A model generated the notes under the pieces. The model was not told where the DNA came from. It saw only the letters and a program-made list of their open reading frames with translations, and searched no databases. The position numbers and the translations under genes were made by a program. From an uncultured Deinococcales bacterium (lineage in GTDB: Bacteria; Deinococcota; Deinococci; Deinococcales; JAAFIG01): DNA of 18,424 nt. The stretch lies in assembly GCA_964247135.1 (NCBI GenBank), contig CAXTTL010000082.1, forward strand, positions 1 through 18,424, in the 5' to 3' direction. Positions 1 to 7,505 of the stretch are shown piece after piece (within the stretch, counting starts at the first letter, position 1; each line of letters starts with the position of its first letter).

Positions 1-46
1 AAATTTGAGATGCCGTAAAATAATGTGCTTTCAAAAGGAGAACCAC

Positions 47-499
47 ATGCCCTATTCAGCCCAAGAATACGTCCAAGCCCTGCAACTTCACCGCGCCCCG
101 CTGCTCGAGCTTCTGGGGCAAATCCCAGAGGACAAAGCCACGTTTGTCGCCTGGGACGGCGGCAGGAATTTTATCCAAACCACAGACCACCTCAAACTCA
201 CCAACTTGCGGATGCTCGCCATGATGGCAGGCGAAACCCCTGGCAGCGCAGAACCTTCCAGCGATCTTGCCAGCGCTCGAGCCGCCCTGGAAACAGCCAG
301 CGCAACCTTGACCGACAAAATTTCGCAACTCTCGAGCGAACAGTTGGAAAGCGTGGTTGACGCGTTTGGTGGCATGAAAATGCCCGTCTACAAACTGCTC
401 GATTTCGCCCGTGAGCACGATGCGCATCACAAGGGGCAACTCTGGACGATGGCACGCATGATTGGCGTGCAACCGCCAATGTTCGTCAAGTTCGGTTAA
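47..499 (+). CDS. DinB/YfiT-family protein (150 aa)
   Basis: SD AAAGGAG (34-40) precedes ATG at 47, in frame with ORF 5..499. Helical protein with the DinB-type His pattern TTDHL ... EHDAHHKGQ near the C-terminus. Confidence 0.85.
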   Translation: MPYSAQEYVQALQLHRAPLLELLGQIPEDKATFVAWDGGRNFIQTTDHLKLTNLRMLAMMAGETPGSAEPSSDLASARAALETASATLTDKISQLSSEQLESVVDAFGGMKMPVYKLLDFAREHDAHHKGQLWTMARMIGVQPPMFVKFG

Positions 500-1430
500 A
501 GCGCTTCTCGAGTTGGATTTGCGCCTTTGATCGTTCAAAGCCAAGTTTTTTGTTGATTGCCAGCATCGCAACATTGGTGCTGGCATTGTTGGAATGAAGC
601 TCGGTAAAAGCGTTTTGCACGGCGTATTCGATTGCCCGAAGTTTGAGCGCCAACGCCAGATTTTGCCCGCGATGTTCGCGCAGTACGCCCGTCATGCCCG
701 TGTGAAGTTGGGTTGGGTTCGGACGCACACGGTGCTGTGACATGCCAACCCATTCGCCATTTTTGAGCGCCACAAAGCAAGCCGTTTGAAGAAGGCTGGG
801 ATTGTTGAAGTTGTGGCGTTTGAATTCCTCGAAACCGATTGGTGTATATTTTCGGACTCGAGGTACATCGACATCAACTTGCGTGAACAATTCGTACAAT
901 TTCTGCTCGCAATTTGGGTCAGCTTGCAACTCGGCAAAACTCGAGATGCTGTAGCCGTTGGCACTCAGATGTTGTTTGAACGCCGCAAACAATTCGGCAT
1001 CAAACCCCTCGAGTTTCAAGGTTTGATGGTATACCCGCATCACCTCTTTAAAACCTCGGGTTTGGGCAAAATGCAGCGCGTATGGATGAATTTCGTACAA
1101 ATTGCAAAATACGCCGACAGGGTGGTGGTGTTCCAATTCAACCTCGAGAAACTGGTAAAACGCCCTCCCAAAACCTCGGGTTTGAAACTCAGGCAGCACG
1201 TTCACCTCGAGATAAAACTGATTTTCACTCAAGTGAGTGAATGAAGCCTCACTGACACTTTTGCCTTCAAACTCGAGCATAAAACGTTTTATGAAATTAT
1301 TTTCGGTGCGTTTTCTATCCACACGCTCGAGTTCTTCGGCACAAACGGGATGATCTGCCCAAGTGGCATTGTGAATTTTTTCAATGCTTGGGTAATCGGT
1401 TTGGGTTGCGGGTCGAATACTGATTTTCAT
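486..1430 (-). CDS. Tandem (two-domain) GNAT acetyltransferase, paralogue 5 (314 aa)
   Basis: Two acetyl-CoA motif A copies (VLPEFQTRGFG; TGVLREHRGQNLA) and C-terminal NVAMLAINKKLGF. ATGA overlap with the upstream paralogue. Confidence 0.9.
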   Translation of the reverse strand: MKISIRPATQTDYPSIEKIHNATWADHPVCAEELERVDRKRTENNFIKRFMLEFEGKSVSEASFTHLSENQFYLEVNVLPEFQTRGFGRAFYQFLEVELEHHHPVGVFCNLYEIHPYALHFAQTRGFKEVMRVYHQTLKLEGFDAELFAAFKQHLSANGYSISSFAELQADPNCEQKLYELFTQVDVDVPRVRKYTPIGFEEFKRHNFNNPSLLQTACFVALKNGEWVGMSQHRVRPNPTQLHTGMTGVLREHRGQNLALALKLRAIEYAVQNAFTELHSNNASTNVAMLAINKKLGFERSKAQIQLEKRFNRT

Positions 1431-2377
1431 TCATCATCTCGGTAGAATTTCACCACACTGATCAGCGCGGGTTGACGCACAAAACCGAGTTTGTCATTGA
1501 TCGCCAGCATCGGCGCGTTGCGCGTGTCATTGTCGGTCCGAATCGTGCTGTAATCTTGCTCGAGCGCGTATTTGATAACCCGCAATTTGAGTGCCAACGC
1601 AATGCCGCGACCCCTGGCTTCACGGCGGGTGGCGGTCAACCATTGATCCATCCAACCTTCCCGAGCGGCTTGATAAACGCCCGAAAACCCGAGGATGGTG
1701 TCGGTCTTGGGATCGAGCGCGATTTGCGTGCCTGCCCAAAGAAAGTATTCGTCACCAAGAACTTGCTCTTGAAAAAATTCAAAACTGATCGGGCTGGCGG
1801 CTTGCGACCTCGGCACGTCGGCTCGGGTGGCGGTGAAGCAATCAAAAAAAGCTTGGCGAAACACCGTCGAATCGAGTTCTTTTGCCGTGTGAAATTCCAC
1901 GCCCTCAACGTTTTCAAGTCCCGCAAAGCTCGAGAAATCAAAGCTTTTAACGGTCAGCAAGCTCTCAAAATCGCGTTTGGCTTCGCTAAATCCTCGAGTC
2001 GTGGCAAATTGAAGGCTGTGCGCGTCGGATTCTGCGACTTGGCTGCGAAAACAAATGGCTTCGAGCGCGGTTAAAAACTCGAGTGCTTGCTGATAAAGGG
2101 CTGACCCAATGCCCTGAGATTGTTTCTCAGGATGTACAAAAATATTGCCAAAAAACTTGTGCGGGTGGTACATGCCAGGGTGACGGTAGATTTCCGCAAC
2201 GCCAACAATCCGCCCCTCGAGTTCGGTAACAAAAAACGTGGTTTGAAATTGGGCTTCGAGCGTGTCGATGTCCGATTCGGCTTCGTCGAGCGTGCGTTGC
2301 TGGTTGGGGCGCACCAGATTCCAAAGCTCAACAATTCCGCCCAGGTCATCGCGGTGAAAAGGTCGTATCTCGAGCAT
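1427..2377 (-). CDS. Tandem GNAT acetyltransferase, paralogue 4 (316 aa, starts MLEIRPF)
   Basis: Start moved from 2521 to 2377 because SD GGGAGG precedes a TAATG overlap with the previous stop. Motifs VHPEKQSQGIG, TATRREARGRGIA and NAPMLAINDKLGF. Confidence 0.9.
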   Translation of the reverse strand: MLEIRPFHRDDLGGIVELWNLVRPNQQRTLDEAESDIDTLEAQFQTTFFVTELEGRIVGVAEIYRHPGMYHPHKFFGNIFVHPEKQSQGIGSALYQQALEFLTALEAICFRSQVAESDAHSLQFATTRGFSEAKRDFESLLTVKSFDFSSFAGLENVEGVEFHTAKELDSTVFRQAFFDCFTATRADVPRSQAASPISFEFFQEQVLGDEYFLWAGTQIALDPKTDTILGFSGVYQAAREGWMDQWLTATRREARGRGIALALKLRVIKYALEQDYSTIRTDNDTRNAPMLAINDKLGFVRQPALISVVKFYRDDE

Positions 2378-3330
2378 TAGGATTCCTCCCGAAGTTTTTT
2401 GCCGTACCTCATGCTGGCGGGTTGTCGTACAAAACCCATTTTTTCGTTGACAGACAACATTGGCGCGTTGACCAGATCGTTGCTGGTTGCCATTTCTTTG
2501 ATGCCTTGACTGATCGCCCATTCAATACCTTTGAGTTTTAAGGCTTGTGCCAAACCGCGCCCGCGAAATTCGGGCAGCACACCCGTCACATCGACAAAGA
2601 CATTGCCGTTTGAATCAATCCCAAGGTTGTTGATGCCAACGTAGCGTCCGTCAAAAATGGCAATGCAAAACGCAGCTTCACGCGCCCATGAAGCCTTTAA
2701 AATCGATGTTTGGAATTGCGCCAGGCTGAGGTCGGTGTTTGGCATTCCAAGCGGAACGTCGTTTGAGACGGCATTGCCCAAATCGCAGAGTTTTTGATCG
2801 CGTTCAGGGTCGTCGTGTAACTGGTCAATGGTTTTAAATTCAAAACCGTGAAACTCGAGTTTTTCGATCAAGCCTTGAAACGGCGCGGCATCAAAATCTT
2901 CGAGTTTCAAGATCAAATCCACGCGTCGCCATTCCTCAACAAAACCGTGATGCTCGAGAAATTTCAAACTGTAAACTCGGTCTTCTCGCACGCCACATTG
3001 CAACAACGTGGGCTTAAACGGCTCGAGTTCTTGCATGGCTCTTGCCAGCAGCTTCGAGCCAATGCCAAGCCGTTGAAAATCTGGCTGAACGCCTGCGCGT
3101 AACCAAAAATGTTGTGGATAAAAATGATGTTCCGATTGGGTGTACATCAAAAATCCGCGTATTTGCCGCTCGACCAGGGCAACGAAAATTTGGTGTTTGA
3201 TTTTTTGGTCTTTTTTTTTGATTTCCTCGAGTATCTCTGCGGCGCTGATCGGACGTTCTGGCAACACCAGATTTTGAATCTCGCTCATTCTGGGAAAATC
3301 TTCGGGCGCGGCGTGACGAATCTCGAGCAT
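2377..3330 (-). CDS. Tandem GNAT acetyltransferase, paralogue 3 (317 aa)
   Basis: Motifs VQPDFQRLGIG, TGVLPEFRGRGLA and NAPMLSVNEKMGF. Starts 3 nt after the previous stop. Confidence 0.9.
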   Translation of the reverse strand: MLEIRHAAPEDFPRMSEIQNLVLPERPISAAEILEEIKKKDQKIKHQIFVALVERQIRGFLMYTQSEHHFYPQHFWLRAGVQPDFQRLGIGSKLLARAMQELEPFKPTLLQCGVREDRVYSLKFLEHHGFVEEWRRVDLILKLEDFDAAPFQGLIEKLEFHGFEFKTIDQLHDDPERDQKLCDLGNAVSNDVPLGMPNTDLSLAQFQTSILKASWAREAAFCIAIFDGRYVGINNLGIDSNGNVFVDVTGVLPEFRGRGLAQALKLKGIEWAISQGIKEMATSNDLVNAPMLSVNEKMGFVRQPASMRYGKKLREES

Positions 3331-3333
3331 GAT

Positions 3334-4281
3334 TTAAAACTTTCTTTCAAAGCGAATCCAACCAGGAAAACGCTTGAATCCAAGCTTGCGGTTCATCTCG
3401 AGCATTGCCGTGTTTGGCGCGTCGTTGAAGGTTCTGATCTCAAAGTTGCCGATGCTTTGCGCGTAACGAATGCCGCGAAGTTTTAACAGGGTTGCCAGCC
3501 CAATGCCGCGATATTCGCGCAGCACGCCAGTCATGCCGATGATCAAAAAACCGGTCGGGTTTTTGATAAAACTGGTGTACCCAACAAATTCATCGTCTTT
3601 GACGGCGATCAGGCAGCCGTCTGGTTCAAACATGGGGTCGAGCGTCATTTCTTTTTGCCAGGTTTCAAAGCTGGGTTTACTCACCTCTTCACCATACGGA
3701 ATGTCTTGCCAGAGCGCCCAATCCAGGTCATAAAGTTTGCTGTCTCGAGCTGGGTCGGACTCGAGTTCCGAAAACGTTTTGATCTCAATTCCTGCGGCTT
3801 TGATCTTCTCTTCAAAGTGCGAGTACGGCGCAAAATCAAAGTTCGCCGTCTCGAGTCTCGATTCCGTGCGTCGCCAGGTTTCTTCAAAGCCTCGATCCGT
3901 ATGAAAGCGAATGGCTCGCGTCCAATCTTCGCCCGCTCCAGATTGCAAAATCTCGGCATTGCGTGTTTTGATGTGTGACAGTACATGCTCGAACAAACTC
4001 GAGCCGATGCGCGAACCCCAGAATTCTGGATGAACCCGCAAGTTCAGATTGAGTTTGCCGACACGGTGCGCAAACGGGTCTTCAAACACGCTTGCAAGTC
4101 CACGAATGACACCATCAACCACAGCGACAAAACCCGCGAAATAAAAATTCTGATCTCGAGATGCCTCTTCGTGCAGCAAACGCTCGAGTGTTAAGGGAAA
4201 GTTTGGGTTGGCGGCGTTTAAAACCTCGAGCATTTCAGGGAAATCTTCGGGGGTTTTGGTGGGTCGAATCTCGAGCTTCAT
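3334..4281 (-). CDS. Tandem GNAT acetyltransferase, paralogue 2 (315 aa)
   Basis: Motifs VHPEFWGSRIG, TGVLREYRGIGLA and NTAMLEMNRKLGF. SD GAGAGG and ATGA overlap with the upstream gene. Confidence 0.9.
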   Translation of the reverse strand: MKLEIRPTKTPEDFPEMLEVLNAANPNFPLTLERLLHEEASRDQNFYFAGFVAVVDGVIRGLASVFEDPFAHRVGKLNLNLRVHPEFWGSRIGSSLFEHVLSHIKTRNAEILQSGAGEDWTRAIRFHTDRGFEETWRRTESRLETANFDFAPYSHFEEKIKAAGIEIKTFSELESDPARDSKLYDLDWALWQDIPYGEEVSKPSFETWQKEMTLDPMFEPDGCLIAVKDDEFVGYTSFIKNPTGFLIIGMTGVLREYRGIGLATLLKLRGIRYAQSIGNFEIRTFNDAPNTAMLEMNRKLGFKRFPGWIRFERKF

Positions 4282-5249
4282 GAATTCCTCTCAAAATGCC
4301 GCACAAAATGCACCCAGGCGGGTTGTTTGACAAAACCAAGTTTTTCGTTGATGGCGAGCATCGGGCGGTTGACATCATCGTTGAAGGTTTTGATTTGCGC
4401 AATGCCTTTGGTTTTTGCCCAGAGAATATTTTTGATTTTTAACGCCAGCGCAATCTGCTTGCCGCGCCATTCGCGCCGAGTGCCGGTTGCGCCATTCCAG
4501 GTGTCAGGCTTGCCTGGAGACCACCACAGGGTGCTTTCGGACAGAAACTCGAGCTTCCCTGCGTCATTTGGTTTGATGGCGACGACATAGGCTTCTGGGA
4601 CAAAATCTGGGTTTTTTAAAGCCCTGGTTTCAAATCGTTCAAAATTGGTTTCGGTGAATGGTTCAGGGTCGGGCATGTCACGGCTGGCGTCCATATCCAA
4701 ACGCCATAATTCCTGCGCCAGATCGGGCGTGCCAATCAGATCGGCATAAGATTTCAACTCAATCCCCTCGAGCTTTAACTGTCCCTCGAGCTGCAAGTAC
4801 GGGCTGGTATCAAAGCTTTGCACGTCGAGCCTGGATTCCCAGGCGCGGTATTCCTCCGTAAAACCAGCTTTCTCGAGAAACCGAATGCTGTGCGTCCAGT
4901 CCACTCGAGTCACGGCACGGACGGTCAGCACCTGATGCTCCTCGAGTTTGGTTAGTAGATGCTCGAGTAACCCCCGCCCAACGCCTTGTTGTCGGTGCTC
5001 GGGCAAAACATTGATGTCTACAAAAAATTTATGGGGATGAAACCGTTCTGCCGATTGCGAAAATGCACCAACCCCAAGCGTGTTCCCGTTTGTATCTTCA
5101 GCCAGAAAACGTTTGAACAACAGATACTTTTCGCGCACGCCATCGTAAAAACGAATTTCTTCGGCGCTGTCGGCAAGGTCTGGGTTGACCGCTTTATCGA
5201 TTTCGGCGATGGTTTGGTAATCGTTTTCGGTAAAGGCACGAATTTGCAT
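4278..5249 (-). CDS. Tandem GNAT acetyltransferase, paralogue 1 (323 aa, starts MQIRAF)
   Basis: SD CAGGAG precedes ATG 5249, and MQIR matches the paralogue N-termini. An alternative in-frame ATG lies at 5348. Motifs VLPEHRQQGVG, TGTRREWRGKQIA and NRPMLAINEKLGF. Confidence 0.88.
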   Translation of the reverse strand: MQIRAFTENDYQTIAEIDKAVNPDLADSAEEIRFYDGVREKYLLFKRFLAEDTNGNTLGVGAFSQSAERFHPHKFFVDINVLPEHRQQGVGRGLLEHLLTKLEEHQVLTVRAVTRVDWTHSIRFLEKAGFTEEYRAWESRLDVQSFDTSPYLQLEGQLKLEGIELKSYADLIGTPDLAQELWRLDMDASRDMPDPEPFTETNFERFETRALKNPDFVPEAYVVAIKPNDAGKLEFLSESTLWWSPGKPDTWNGATGTRREWRGKQIALALKIKNILWAKTKGIAQIKTFNDDVNRPMLAINEKLGFVKQPAWVHFVRHFERNS

Positions 5250-5338
5250 GGTTGAAGTCTCCTGAGTATATTCTGACCGCTCGAGTTGCGTTTTTGCATC
5301 TGCCGAATGACGGATGTGAAGACTTGAGTTTCTGATTT

Positions 5339-6187
5339 TCAATGCCACAATTCAAAAAATTCTTGCCACAAGCCAATGCGTTTTAACTCTCGAGCCACAT
5401 GCCCTAGCATTGCCCGCTCGAATGTTGCAGGATAATCGGTGTTCCAATTTTCGGTTGCGCGTCGTCCCGCGTGCCACATTTGCTTTGCCAGATCAAAATG
5501 GGCATTCACAATCGAAGCGGGGGAAATGTCGGTCAGGGCGAGCGCCATCTCGAGTCGCTGGCGCTCAACAGGTTCGAGCAATTCATTCAAGTGCAAATCG
5601 CCAACGTCACGCGGTCTGCCACGCCCGAGTGAACTCACGAAAATGATTTGATTCGCTTCATGGTGTAGGTATTCTAAAGCCGCAATCGTTTCACCTCGTT
5701 CGATGCTGCTCGGCAGGTGGGAGAGCAAATTCCAGAAGTAACAAATTTCAACGTGCAACGCTCGAGCGATGTCTTCACGGTTCGGAGTTGAAGCTGGCAA
5801 AACCTCGAGGATACCGTGAGGGTCGTACAAAACCCGAGTTTGATTTTCATTGATCTGCAAAGCTGTTCCAGTCTCGAGAAAGCTGTGAAGTGAAATCAAT
5901 TCCCCGCTCGAGTTCAGCAGTTTCGTGCCAATCATTGACCCACCGAACAATTCATGATGCAGCAAGACAGGATGAATTTGATTCAGCCTCGGTTCGTAAT
6001 CGGCGCGAAATGGCGCAGCATCTTCTGGCAGCAGGGCAATCTGCAAGTCGATATCCGAGTGCCGATCCGCCCGTCCACGTCCCATGCTTCCCTTCAACCA
6101 CAGCGCCCGAACTCGAGTGTCAAATGTCAAGTTGCTGACCAGTACCTCGAGAAATTCGAGTTGGGGTTTGATGTCGTGTTCAATCAT
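5339..6187 (-). CDS. Pol-beta-superfamily nucleotidyltransferase with helical C-terminal domain (282 aa)
   Basis: LKGSMGRGRADRHSDIDL matches the hG[GS]x9-13DhD signature. The two-domain layout resembles aminoglycoside/lincosamide nucleotidyltransferase-like proteins; substrate unknown. Confidence 0.8.
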   Translation of the reverse strand: MIEHDIKPQLEFLEVLVSNLTFDTRVRALWLKGSMGRGRADRHSDIDLQIALLPEDAAPFRADYEPRLNQIHPVLLHHELFGGSMIGTKLLNSSGELISLHSFLETGTALQINENQTRVLYDPHGILEVLPASTPNREDIARALHVEICYFWNLLSHLPSSIERGETIAALEYLHHEANQIIFVSSLGRGRPRDVGDLHLNELLEPVERQRLEMALALTDISPASIVNAHFDLAKQMWHAGRRATENWNTDYPATFERAMLGHVARELKRIGLWQEFFELWH

Positions 6188-6260
6188 TTTTGCGCCCTAC
6201 AATATCTGTAAAATCGAGAAAAGGGTTTTTCATGTCGTTGCAATCCAAAACCTCGAGCAT
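6180..6260 (-). CDS. Possible 26-aa bridging ORF (MLEVLDCNDMKNPFLDFTDIVGRKND)
   Basis: Its ATG overlaps the kinase stop (TGATG) and its stop overlaps the nucleotidyltransferase start (ATGATTGA). No homology recognised. Confidence 0.25.
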   Translation of the reverse strand: MLEVLDCNDMKNPFLDFTDIVGRKND

Positions 6261-7177
6261 CACAACACCAAAGCCAGTTCTTCCGAAGGTTTGGCAACCT
6301 GCACCTCTCGAGCCACACGCCGCACTTGTTTTAAAGTCTCGATTGGGTCTGGGCGCAAACCAAAATGCCCAAAACTGCGGCACAAGCCCGCCACGTCACG
6401 CTCGAGAATCATGTTCGCGCTGGGGTTTTGTTGCACCAGCACGACTTGTGGGAAGTCAATCACGATGCAGCGCTCTTGCCACCACAAAATGTTAAACGTG
6501 CTGTAATCGCCGTGAACCCGACCCGCGCCCAGAATCAAACCCATGTTGTGAACACTCTGCTTGAAGGCTTCTTCGGCAGTCGCTTTGGAAAGTTTGGCGT
6601 CAGACAATCGCGGTGCCGCCCCGTTTTCGTCGCCAATGAATTCCATCAAAATCACGTTGCCAGCTTCGGTCAGTGCAATCGGTCGCGGTACGGGAACGCC
6701 AGCGTGTTGCAGCGCGTGCATCTGCCCGAATTCTTCTTGAACCCACAAGACATTCTGCGCCCCAATGCCGGTGCTCGAGCGCAATTCGATGGCTTTTTGC
6801 AGGCGTTTGTCGTCAATAAACCTCGAGCCTCGGTAAAGCGAATCGTTTTTAAAACTTCGTACCCGAGAGTCAATGTAAAGTTTGGCGGCGGCAAGTCCCT
6901 CCTTGCCTTCGACCACGTAGACGGTGGCTTCCTTGCCCGATTTTAACTCCCACAGTAACTCGAGAATCAAACCGCGCTCGAAGAGTTCTTGCAAGCCTGG
7001 ATCGTCGAACTTGACGTGTTCTTCGACTTTGTAATCGGTTTGGTTTTCACTCAGCAATGCGGCAACGCTGCGTCGGCGCGGCGGTTTGCGGGCGTGACGA
7101 TGCCCTCGGTCTTGAAAGGCTTCACGACTTTCATCCCAGGACAAATTGCTGTCGCGGGTGCTCGGACGGCGGCTCAT
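6260..7177 (-). CDS. RIO1-family atypical Ser/Thr kinase/ATPase (305 aa)
   Basis: RIO motifs LKSGKEATVY, AAKLY, VPVPRP, ILMEFIG, VHGDYSTFNIL and VIDFPQ. Arg-rich N-terminal extension. Confidence 0.92.
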   Translation of the reverse strand: MSRRPSTRDSNLSWDESREAFQDRGHRHARKPPRRRSVAALLSENQTDYKVEEHVKFDDPGLQELFERGLILELLWELKSGKEATVYVVEGKEGLAAAKLYIDSRVRSFKNDSLYRGSRFIDDKRLQKAIELRSSTGIGAQNVLWVQEEFGQMHALQHAGVPVPRPIALTEAGNVILMEFIGDENGAAPRLSDAKLSKATAEEAFKQSVHNMGLILGAGRVHGDYSTFNILWWQERCIVIDFPQVVLVQQNPSANMILERDVAGLCRSFGHFGLRPDPIETLKQVRRVAREVQVAKPSEELALVL

Positions 7178-7254
7178 GCTGCCACCAATGGGGGTTTAAA
7201 ACTCGAGTTTTTAGAATTGAACCTGCAAAGTACGGCTGATACGATATGAATCAC
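7174..7254 (-). CDS. Possible 26-aa upstream ORF (MIHIVSAVLCRFNSKNSSFKPPLVAA)
   Basis: AGGAG (7264-7260), 5 nt, then GTG. Its TGA overlaps the kinase ATG (ATGA). Confidence 0.3.
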   Translation of the reverse strand: MIHIVSAVLCRFNSKNSSFKPPLVAA

Positions 7255-7327
7255 TTTGACTCCTGATTGAATGAGACAGGGCGAAGAGCCTCGAGCCGAG
7301 GTGTAAAAGGGATTGGGTTGTTTTCAT
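7211..7327 (-). CDS. Putative 38-aa leader/small peptide (MKTTQSLLHLGSRLFALSHSIRSQSDSYRISRTLQVQF)
   Basis: Full-length SD GGAGGTGA (7342-7335), 7 nt, ATG 7327, TAA 7213-7211. Too short for the ORF track. Confidence 0.5.
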   Translation of the reverse strand: MKTTQSLLHLGSRLFALSHSIRSQSDSYRISRTLQVQF

Positions 7328-7365
7328 ATTCGTGTCACCTCCAATGCAGAGAAATTATTGTCGAA

Positions 7366-7371
7366 AGTCTA
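7366..7371 (-). promoter_or_regulatory. Candidate -10 box (TAGACT) for the leader/RIO/NTase/GNAT operon
   Basis: TANNNT hexamer identical to the one before bcp, about 25 nt upstream of the strong SD and downstream of the flotillin terminator. Confidence 0.35.
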
Positions 7372-7461
7372 CACCAAAAAGTAACTCGAGGTGCGATGAG
7401 CCAAATGGCGTATTTGGGTTAAGGTTGTGATGCTCGAGCGAATCGCAAATTTGGCTATTAA

Positions 7462-7489
7462 AAACCTCGAGCAGTTAAGCTCGAGGTTT
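7462..7489 (-). terminator. Intrinsic terminator after the flotillin gene
   Basis: Perfect 11-bp inverted repeat AAACCTCGAGC-agttaa-GCTCGAGGTTT, 16 nt past the stop, running into a T tract on the minus strand. Confidence 0.75.
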
Positions 7490-7505
7490 CAATTTGGATT
7501 TTGCT

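Noticed and set aside
2378-2521. N-terminal extensions given by the ORF track (GNAT4 from 2521; also NfeD-like from 9663, VOC from 16222, DinB from 5)
   Set aside because: They overlap neighbouring genes or promoters. Downstream ATGs have good SDs and match family N-termini.
5265-5270. TATACT (minus strand) as an internal promoter for the GNAT array
   Set aside because: A start 6-7 nt downstream would cut off the CAGGAG SD and is too far from ATG 5249 for a leaderless mRNA; cannot be supported without TSS data.
5339-6187. Nucleotidyltransferase as an MNT-HEPN antitoxin, a CBASS CD-NTase, or a named resistance gene (ant/lnu)
   Set aside because: No adjacent HEPN toxin or CBASS effector, it is longer than a minimal MNT, and the motif alone does not support a specific gene name.
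486-7177. GNAT cluster as a recently acquired island or integron cassette array
   Set aside because: No integrase, transposase, attC-like sites or flanking repeats. The genes overlap each other, and CTCGAG density is similar to that in the housekeeping trpS-scpA genes, indicating long residence.
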